The notes under the pieces were generated by a model. That model made no database searches. It was given only the letters and a program-made list of their open reading frames with translations, and was not told where the DNA came from. Below are positions 8,289 through 17,400 of a DNA stretch of 64,000 nucleotides, in pieces; the first letter of the stretch is position 1, and every line of letters starts with the position of its first letter. This DNA is from an uncultured virus (IMG/VR IMGVR_UViG_3300030104_003092) (Duplodnaviria; Heunggongvirae; Uroviricota; Caudoviricetes): IMG/VR virus record IMGVR_UViG_3300030104_003092. One strand, 5' to 3'. Position numbers and translations under genes: made by a program.

Positions 8289-9600
8289 AGTGGAAATGGA
8301 AATGAGGCTAATAGGTAAGTTGATGTCTGAGTCAAGTCAGTATTACGACTTACATGGCATGCTTTCGGAAGATATTTTTAATGATAATTTAAATAAAAAA
8401 TTATACGTTTCAATATCTAACATATTAAACAAGGGTGGTAAGCTAGATATACTTGGTGTAACAAAAGGATTTAAAGATAATAAGTTAGACCTAAGATTAA
8501 TGGAATGCATAGGCACAGATCACTACGCATACATAGGCAAGAACATAGTTTTATTTTTAAGTCAAGAAGATAAAAAGTTTAGGTTAAAAAAATTAGCTGA
8601 GTCTACAATAAAGAAGTTAGATAATGGCGATGACCTTTTTGAAGTTATAGAACATGTTGATGATAACATGAGAGAAATATCTGAGATTAAATCAAGTGAG
8701 ATGCCAGATATTAAAAAACAACTTAAGATTCTTCATGATGATATAGATAGAAGAATGTCATCCAAAGATATGAATGGATTACCTACAGGTTTTCAATCAG
8801 TAGATAAGTTTACTGGTGGTTGGCAAGAAACAGACCTTGTTATTATAGGTGGTGCATCATCTATGGGTAAAACATCTTTAGGTCTTGCTTTCTGTTATAA
8901 TTGTGCTAAAGCAGAAATACCTACAGCAGTGTTCTCATACGAAATGGGTGATACACAGCTTTTACAAAGGTTAGTATCTTTGGAAAGTAAAGTTAATAAC
9001 AGGTATATAATGAAGGGTACTATAGAAAGTGAAGAGCTTGGTAGGATTCATAAAGCTATAGGTAAGCTGGAACAGACTTGTTTGTTTGTTGATGAATGCA
9101 AAGACTCATCATTAAGTTATTTATTGAACAAGATACGGAAGTATGTAATCGTGAAAAACGTTAAGTTCTTTCTTATAGATTATCTCCAGCTTGTAAAAGG
9201 TAGTGGTCACTCAAGAGAGCAAGAGGTTGCTACTGTGGCTCGTGAGCTTAAGAATATAGCTAAAGAGTTGAACGTAACCATAGTAGCCTTGTCTCAATTA
9301 AGTAGAGCTGTTGAAAGAAAAGATGGTTGTAGACCAAGCTTATCAGATTTAAGAGAGAGTGGCGAAATAGAGCAGGCATCTGATATTGTTATGTTGGTAT
9401 ATAGACCTGAATATTATGGTATTATGACCGATGATAGTGGTAATCCAACGGAGGGCTTGGTAGATTTAATATTTGCTAAAGGTAGAAATATAGGTACTGG
9501 AACTCTACCTCTTAGATTCCAGAAAGAATACACCAAGTTTATTGATCCACAAGATTTTGAAGAAAAATTTATAACAGCCCAAGCTAATGAGTCTTTCTGA
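8278..9600 (+). CDS. dnaB: Replicative DNA helicase
   Basis: Walker A GASSMGKT, IDYLQL, LSQLSR, LSDLRESGEIEQASD, AKGRN. Confidence 0.97.
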   Translation: MKDRVEMEMRLIGKLMSESSQYYDLHGMLSEDIFNDNLNKKLYVSISNILNKGGKLDILGVTKGFKDNKLDLRLMECIGTDHYAYIGKNIVLFLSQEDKKFRLKKLAESTIKKLDNGDDLFEVIEHVDDNMREISEIKSSEMPDIKKQLKILHDDIDRRMSSKDMNGLPTGFQSVDKFTGGWQETDLVIIGGASSMGKTSLGLAFCYNCAKAEIPTAVFSYEMGDTQLLQRLVSLESKVNNRYIMKGTIESEELGRIHKAIGKLEQTCLFVDECKDSSLSYLLNKIRKYVIVKNVKFFLIDYLQLVKGSGHSREQEVATVARELKNIAKELNVTIVALSQLSRAVERKDGCRPSLSDLRESGEIEQASDIVMLVYRPEYYGIMTDDSGNPTEGLVDLIFAKGRNIGTGTLPLRFQKEYTKFIDPQDFEEKFITAQANESF

Positions 9601-9691
9601 TATTTTTACCTTAATAGGACTTATATTTAACTTTTTAATGGGTCTTTGGATAATTCTTTATGTTGTGTTTGACTATAATTATTTTGATTAA
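9587..9691 (+). CDS. Possible 34-aa single-TM peptide (not in ORF track)
   Basis: MSLSDIFTLIGLIFNFLMGLWIILYVVFDYNYFD* fills the gap between two genes. Confidence 0.5.
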   Translation: MSLSDIFTLIGLIFNFLMGLWIILYVVFDYNYFD

Positions 9692-9693
9692 AA

Positions 9694-10137
9694 ATGAAAA
9701 GAGAACCTAGATTTGAAAGCGAAGAAGACAGAAAAAGAGAAGCTGAAACTCTTCGTATACTTTTAGAGGGAAAAGATTTAAACTATAATCAATTAGGAAG
9801 GTATGCACCAGTGGATGCTGAAATAATAGACAATAAGACTATGAAGGTAGTGTCTTTGTGTGAGGTAAAAACCATGAGTCTTAACATGGAAGACATACAA
9901 AGAGTTAGAACTTCAGTAAGAAAAATACAACATTGTCAAAAAGAAGCTTTAACTAAAGAACTTCCATTATGTATAGCTTGGAGGTTTCTCGATGGAATTG
10001 GTTATATTTGGATGCATAAAATAACAAAAGCCACAGTTGAGTGGGGTGGCATGAAAAACCCACGAGCAGGATCTGTATGGGACAGAGAGTTATTGTTCTA
10101 TATAGATATTAATTTACTAACAATAATTAAATTTTAG
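9694..10137 (+). CDS. PD-(D/E)XK-fold nuclease-like protein
   Basis: PVD...CEVKT catalytic-like pattern. Confidence 0.6.
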   Translation: MKREPRFESEEDRKREAETLRILLEGKDLNYNQLGRYAPVDAEIIDNKTMKVVSLCEVKTMSLNMEDIQRVRTSVRKIQHCQKEALTKELPLCIAWRFLDGIGYIWMHKITKATVEWGGMKNPRAGSVWDRELLFYIDINLLTIIKF

Positions 10138-10139
10138 TT

Positions 10140-10358
10140 ATGACTAAAAAAGAAAAAGAAGAAGAAAAAAACCTTAGAATGATTAAGTACAATCTAGAGA
10201 GAAGGTTAGACTGTGTAAACGCAGCAGCATCTATGACATCTAATGGAGACATTGATGCATTTAGAGAAATACTACTTGAGGTTGAGCATTATGTTTTTAA
10301 AGGTCTACTTAAGTCAGATCAAGAACAGAAACCTGAAGAAGATAAGTCTGAAGAATAA
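10140..10358 (+). CDS. Hypothetical protein
   Basis: Operon context. Confidence 0.7.
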   Translation: MTKKEKEEEKNLRMIKYNLERRLDCVNAAASMTSNGDIDAFREILLEVEHYVFKGLLKSDQEQKPEEDKSEE

Positions 10359-10388
10359 TTTGTATCTTGCAGACTATAATAATATAGC

Positions 10389-10628
10389 ATGGCAAGTAAA
10401 AGCACTAAACATTATAAAAAGAATAAGGAGTCGTATGAAAAGAAAAAAAAGTACGACTCCGAATATTCTTCTTCAGAGAAAAGAAAAAAGTATCGTGTCA
10501 AACTAAACCTATTCAATAGAAAGAAAGGTAAGAAGGGTGACGGAAAAGATGCATCACACACCAAGTCAGGTAAACTAGTCTTAGAGGGTCAATCTAAAAA
10601 TAGAGCAAGGAACAGGGGTAAGAAATAA
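10389..10628 (+). CDS. Small basic HNH-like protein
   Basis: GDGKDASH...SKNRARN pattern. Confidence 0.6.
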   Translation: MASKSTKHYKKNKESYEKKKKYDSEYSSSEKRKKYRVKLNLFNRKKGKKGDGKDASHTKSGKLVLEGQSKNRARNRGKK

Positions 10629-10648
10629 TTATTTTGTATCTTGGCTTA

Positions 10649-11119
10649 ATGCGATTCAAAAGAAGAAAAGGAAAGCAGATAACTAAAGCTAAGAAACACA
10701 AAGCAGATGGAATTACATTTGCATCTGGACTAGAGCTTTACTGCTACAGAGCCCTCAAAAAAGCAAAAATCCCTAATCAGTACGAAGGAAAAACATTCGA
10801 GCTTGTAGAAAAATTCAAGTTTGAGGGTACTCTTATGGACAAGGGTAAAACAAAGGGTAAGACTACATTCAAACAAAAGCCTGGGAATATAAGAAACATA
10901 TCCTACACACCAGACTTTATTAATTTACAAAAAGGATTTATAATAGAGACAAAAGGAATAAGGACTCCTGAATTTAAGATGCGATTCAAGCTGTTTTTAA
11001 AACACCTGCATGATACAGGTCAGAAGTTAGACGTATATGTTCCATCAAATCAAAAGGAGGTAGATACGACAGTCGATACCATCTTAGGTCGGAGTCCTTT
11101 AAATAAACAATATGAGTGA
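10649..11119 (+). CDS. T7 endonuclease I-like Holliday junction resolvase
   Basis: FASGLE, YTPDF, IIETKG motifs; start placed at ATG 10649. Confidence 0.85.
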   Translation: MRFKRRKGKQITKAKKHKADGITFASGLELYCYRALKKAKIPNQYEGKTFELVEKFKFEGTLMDKGKTKGKTTFKQKPGNIRNISYTPDFINLQKGFIIETKGIRTPEFKMRFKLFLKHLHDTGQKLDVYVPSNQKEVDTTVDTILGRSPLNKQYE

Positions 11120-11228
11120 TAAAGGTAGTGCTGAAGAAACAGCAAAGTTAATTTGGCAGTCTTGGGTTACAGACTCTACTGATCAAGAAGAATGTATATA
11201 CGAAGAAGGGCAAGGTAAAGAAGATTAA
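11112..11228 (+). CDS. Possible 38-aa acidic peptide (not in ORF track)
   Basis: MSDKGSAEETAKLIWQSWVTDSTDQEECIYEEGQGKED*; overlaps the upstream stop. Confidence 0.5.
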   Translation: MSDKGSAEETAKLIWQSWVTDSTDQEECIYEEGQGKED

Positions 11229-11356
11229 TCCCAAATGATATAAAAACATACGGGTCCAACAAATAGTTGGACTTCGCTGTATGGCATATATTCTGTTGGG
11301 TGAAATAATCTAATCCCAAACACAAATCCATTTACTAACTGTATACCTACTTCCAT
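11225..11356 (-). CDS. 43-aa hydrophobic beta-rich peptide (not in ORF track)
   Basis: MEVGIQLVNGFVFGIRLFHPTEYMPYSEVQLFVGPVCFYIIWD*; stop overlaps the convergent ORF. Confidence 0.6.
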   Translation of the reverse strand: MEVGIQLVNGFVFGIRLFHPTEYMPYSEVQLFVGPVCFYIIWD

Positions 11357-11361
11357 ATAAT

Positions 11362-11391
11362 AAAAAAAAGAGGGGAATCACCCCCTCCTTT
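11362..11391 (-). terminator. Rho-independent terminator
   Basis: Minus-strand GAGGGG-GTGATT-CCCCTC followed by T8. Confidence 0.85.
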
Positions 11392-11440
11392 AACGTAAAC
11401 CAAAAACCAATTATTCCCAGGACGGGAATTGGTAAGTGCT
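11362..11440 (-). ncRNA. Candidate ~80-nt small RNA
   Basis: TATCTTTG promoter motif at 11449-11442, 5' hairpin ATTCCC-GTCCT-GGGAAT, U/G-rich linker, terminator; no ATG inside. Confidence 0.5.
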
Positions 11441-11484
11441 TCAAAGATACAAATAATAAATTCAAATAATGTGTTTTGTGTGAA

Positions 11485-14400
11485 TTAATTTGCCAACTCT
11501 TGACTTGCTCTCATGTATATGTCATTAGCTAACCATGATGGCATTTTAACATTAGCTCCCGTCATTATTTCAAGTATATCTCCACCTTTACCTCCAGACA
11601 TTATTAAACCTTTAGTTATCTTTACCATATCTTTATGATACGATTCAAATTTAGAGTCGTAAAAATAATCTTCTTGATCTGTATATCTTCTTTTTGTTTC
11701 ACTTTCATTTGACAGTGAAAACTTTTCTCTATTTACAAATGGTGTTGTCACCCTATCTACAATATTTTCTTCACCTCTAGTTAGTTTTTTCATCTTACCA
11801 TAAGTATCTGTGTAATCAAATTTAGCAGATGTGTATGGAAGTAGCCTTGTATTTCTTAGTCCCATCATAGCTAAAAGCTCTACAGAAACACTTCTATTAG
11901 TATCAGTTTTTACAGCAGTTTCACCTATTTTAACAATTTGATTTAAAGTAGATGGACCTATCTTTTGTCCAACATAAGCAATACCTTTCAAGAACATTAC
12001 AGGATAACTATCAGTCTCGTTAAATATTCTACCATTCTCATTTTGTAAAACTTCAAGTAACGCATCAGTTGTCATATCTATAGATAAAAATGGTTCGTAT
12101 ATTTGTTTTACAACTCTAGTAAAAGACTCAAAACCTTCAGGATCTCTTAACCCTTTATATATAACCCTAAATGTATCTCTAATAAATCCAGTACCAGACA
12201 TCTTAGACATATTTACATAATCTATGTATGGAACCTCTCGTCTATAGAAAGGACTCTTAGGATTCATATCAACGATTGTACCAGTACCTGTTTGAATGTT
12301 GTGACCATTTCTATCCCATTCAGCTAATATTCTTTCAATATGTTTATTTAACTGAAAGTCATCTCTATTTTTAAGAGTCATGTCAAACTCCTCATCATCA
12401 TCATCACTAAATGCTCTCATCAGTGCTACAGCTCCATTGTATCCTAACATAGCTAATCCCACTTGAAGAGTTTCTGTTAAAGCAAGGGATGCAAAGGTGC
12501 TAGCCATTCTTTTTGATCCTAACTTTTTGAGTTCAGGATTATTAGATTCCATCTCTTCTTTAGCTAAAACAATACTGTTTTTAGCACATCTCCAAGTTTC
12601 TGCCTGGAAAGCAACGAATGTACCAACCAAAGGAAACTTACCAATACTTGCTATGAAAGCAGGTATCTCATCATAATTAGGATATATGTTTCTTATATTT
12701 CTAGCAGCTTGTCTTTCAGCAAGAGCCTCTGGAAAACCTGCTCTCATATATCTATTTTTTTCTACCATCCAACCAAAGAATTTAAAAACATCATCCTCTG
12801 CCTGATACGCTTTAGTAAGTATCTTATCTAAACTAAGTACTTTATCTTTAGCTAAAGCTTTAAATCCTTCAGCATCATCCGACTCATTATAGTAATCCAT
12901 GAAATCAAAATCAGCCATATCTAGTTGATTCATTATTGCATTTATCTCTTGAAGAAATGCGTTTGTATTTACCACACCAAGATCTACGAGTCTTTTATAT
13001 ATAGCATCCATCTTAGCATCCTTCTCGTTACCCATAAATTCATCTTTAACGAATTTTATAACATCAAGAGCTTCATTATACATTTTACCATTTAAAGGAA
13101 CGTGACCAGCCATAAACACAAATGATGAGTTACCGACAACATTTCTACCATGAGTACCTAAACTATATATAGTTTTGAATTTTTTACCAAGTAACGATAG
13201 CATTAAATAACCTCTGAGTGTTCCACTATTTTGAGCAGACATCACAGACTCATCAAAAGAATTTAAGACAGAATACATTTCATTGTCTACGAAATACCCT
13301 TCAAGTGCTCCCCACTTTCTACCTTTTAGTTGGTTACCTGAGAACCTCTGAGATTCTCCCTCTGGTAAACTAGCATCACCCTCCATAGGTGCTGATATAA
13401 AATCACCTAGACCAATAGATAATAAATCTTCATATAATCTATCAGAGGCTATTGTTTGTGCGATCTTACCAACTGTAGTTATGTAGTTGTTGTAAGGATC
13501 GTTAACCTCACCTAATAGATTTCTAATCTCTTCTGGTAAGTTTTCATTTCTAGATTTGAATATAGATGTGTCTGCAGTAATAACTTTACCAAACCCTTGA
13601 CTTAAAAAGTCTAATGATCCAGACTCTCTCCTTAGTATAAGGTCAACTTTTTTCTCAGCCATGTCATAAAGCTCGCTATCGCTTTTCCCTTCGTTAGCTT
13701 TCTTACCTTTTAACTCAGAAACTATAAATAAAATAGCTCTATTCCTTACATCTTCTGTTGGACTGTAAGCTTTTTTACCATACAACTTATACTTCCTGTG
13801 AAGGTATATACCTCTGTTTGCATCTATAGCAGCAGCTAAAGGACCGTCAACCAAGCCTTCTTCAATAAGTATAGCACCTAGTTGTTCAATATGATTAACC
13901 ATTACATTAATTATATTTAGCAACTCTTTGTTACCCTTAAGCTCTTCTTCTAATCTAGCTTCTTTACTAGTTAATAGATTCTGTATTTTATTATGCCCAA
14001 CTCTTTCATTTATCATATTTTTTTTCTCCTCAGCAGTGGCATCTTTATACTCTTGAGTTTCTTTTATCTCAGTTATTACTTTATCTACAAACTTTTTTAA
14101 TGCTCTAGCATTTTCGTTAGCATTATAAAGTGCTAAGTTAAGACCACCCTTAGCATAAATCATAAGGTCTTTTATATCCTTTCTACTATGAGTTCCTTGA
14201 GGTTTAAATATTAACTTACTAGCTCTTATGTCGTATTTTCTACTTGAGTCGTAAAGTTTTGATTTAGGATCTAATTCAGATAGAGTATTACCCTTTTGAT
14301 CTTGGCCAAGTTTAATTCTACTTCCATAGTATCTTAGTCCAGTTAAGTGTCTACCTAACTCGTAATCTGCATTTATAAACGATGCCTTCATATCAAATAA

Positions 14401-17400
14401 GAATCCAAAAGCATCACTTACATATACAGTCTTATTGTTGTTATCCTGTAATGAAAATCTAGATGTTGGGTTTACTTGAACTGGTGCCCAAACACTAGAC
14501 ATAAGTTCACCATCCTGATCATACAAGAACCCTTGGAATCCTGCACTCTCAGCTATCTTAGCCATCTCCTCTTGCTTATTATAATTAATGGTGTTAGCGT
14601 CAACCTCTTCTATAGTAACATCACTACAGTTTTCATTTATTATATCTGACACCTCTTGGTTACCAACTCCGTAATTTATCTGAATTGATAAACCAGTATC
14701 TGTTTCAGACATATTCATGACATTTGTGTTGTCACCATTTTCACTATCATCAATCAAACTCTTTATCTTAAACATAGATGTTGATACTGCTGTAGCATCA
14801 TCAGTGTCAAAATTTAAAGTAGCAAGATTTCTAGTCCCCTCTGATTTAAACTTACCTATATTATAATCTGCCATAGATGTAATATCTAATGGATCAATAT
14901 TCAAAGGATATAATCTATCAATAGGGAATAGAGATTTATTTTTTACGCCCTCAGTATTTAAGTTAGACTCGTCATCTTGGTTAAGGCTAAACTGAAGTCT
15001 AGGTCTAGCCCAGTCCATTAGTTTTGACTTAGCATATCCACCTACAGGTTCAACAGCAGGATTAACAATACCATTACCTTCCTGTGCGTATCCAAACATA
15101 GTGGCTACACCATCATTTATATTAACGTAATCGTACTCATCTTCTATATTTATATAGCTATTATCTAATGCTTTAACTTGATCAGGATTAATCACTACCT
15201 TACCACTTGAATTTAAACTAAACTTAACAACACCTTTGTTCTCGTTTAGTTTTTCAGCAAAAGGTTTAACAGGTATAGATTTTAACCCTCTTGGTGCAAA
15301 CATTTTAGCACCATCCATAGCTTTCACATAATCATCTATTTTTTGAATATGATCTTTAGTGAAGTCTATAAGAGATTCACTTGGCGGTATGTATACATTA
15401 GAATCCATCGACACCACCTCTCTTACTGTTCGAGTTTCTCCAGGTGAAGTTACACTATAATCTCTAAAATATTTTTCTAATACTTTATCTTTAAATTTAA
15501 TTATAGTCTCATTAAGATCAGCTCTAGATCCTATATCAGCTCTAAATTCCAGTATTCTGTTTTGGTTAACTCCTAAAGTGAATCCTAGTTTTGCTTCATC
15601 AATAAATTGTTCCATTCTTCCCATAATTCTAGAACGTTTTATATTATCTACCAACCTATATATTTCAACTAAATTATCAATACCAAAACGATTTGTTTCG
15701 TTTGGATGATTGTTAAATGAAAATATACCACCTATACCTGATCTACTAATTCCTGATCGTGATGACAATTCAGATCTAGCTTCTGATTTAAATGATGGAA
15801 ATGTATCTTGAGCAACTAAAGCATCTACTATTTGTCTAGCTAAATTTATAACCTCACTTTCATAATAAACTTTATCTTCTTTATATGATACCTCTTTATC
15901 TAATAGCTCACGCATACGAACAGGATCAGACGTTACTATGTAATCTACTAAACTAGCAATAGTGTTGCTAAATCTACTTTCATCTTTTATTTGAACACTA
16001 GGATTGTATGCTATCTGAATTAAATCAAATAACCTGTTAGCAGCAAACTCGTATGGGTTATCATTTACTATAACTTTATTAGAGTCTTCAATAGCCCTTT
16101 TTATATTGTCATTTACAATTTTTATGTTGTCCTTAAACTGATCTATATTACTAGATGACTGCAAAATAGAGTTGTAATTAGTTATACCCTCTATGTCAAG
16201 ATCAAAAAGACCACTATCCATTGCTTTTATTGACATTATTGAAGATATTGTAACATCAACAGCACCCTGCTTCATTAACACTTGAGATATATTTGAGTCA
16301 AACTCTATATCCTTAATATTTTCAGCAGTCAATCTTGTACCCTTCTTAATCTTGTAAGGTTTTTTTGGAGCTCTAGGTTTTACATTTAGATTAGTTGCTG
16401 GAACCATTCCATCATTAGTAGATTCAGATAAGTTAATTACATCAACCTTTGAAGGTACATCACTTAATCTATCTATCTGTGATAAAGCAATAGAAGGTAG
16501 GGTAGTTTCATATATACTAGCCCTTTTTCTAGACTTATCATTTCTACTCCAGTTCTGAAGTTCTATAACTGTATCTGTATCAGGGAACGTTATATAGTCA
16601 TACCCTTCTTCAGCAGCCATTTTTAATAAAGTTCTTATAAGTAAACCATTTGATTTTGAAACTGTCGACCAAGGTAGAGCAGTATACAAATCTGGATCCG
16701 CATCAACAGACTTATCAAGCTGAGACTGTTTTATTCTGGTTTGAACATTAACATCAGATCTTTTAGGAGGCTTAGTAGTTGGTCCTATTAAATCCCCTTC
16801 AGTTATACCAACACTAGACATAAGATTAACCTTTTCCCACTCAGCCACCATTTTATCAAAGACTCTTTTCTCTTCCTTAGTTATATTCTGTTGCCAGTCA
16901 GATTGTATTTCTCTAATAAACATAACCTTACTACCATCATCAGTAGTTCTATCATCTATCCTAGCCCAACCAAGAACAGGTTTAAAGTTTGGAAAGTGAC
17001 TATCAGATACAGGAATACTTAATTTGTTTGGTGGGTTTTTATACTGAAGCACAACCTCTCTATAGTTTTCTGATTGTGGTATCTTTCCCATACCATATGC
17101 TTCATGCTCTGAGTTTGGTAAGAAGTATCTAGTTAAATCATTAAGGTTACGAATAACCATATTTCTTCTTCCCTGAACGTTTTTATACTGTTGAAAATCT
17201 TCTGTCTTAGTAACCTGTGCTCCAAAGTATTTATATATATACTCTTCTATCATTGCGTCAGGCAGATAACGATCATCACCTTTGTTTACATACAAGTGAT
17301 GACGAGCTAAAGTATTACATAACTTTCCAATGCCAGTTGAATAAGAATTATTTTTAGACAACCTTGACATAAGCTCAATAACACTTGTTGTTATTGTCTG

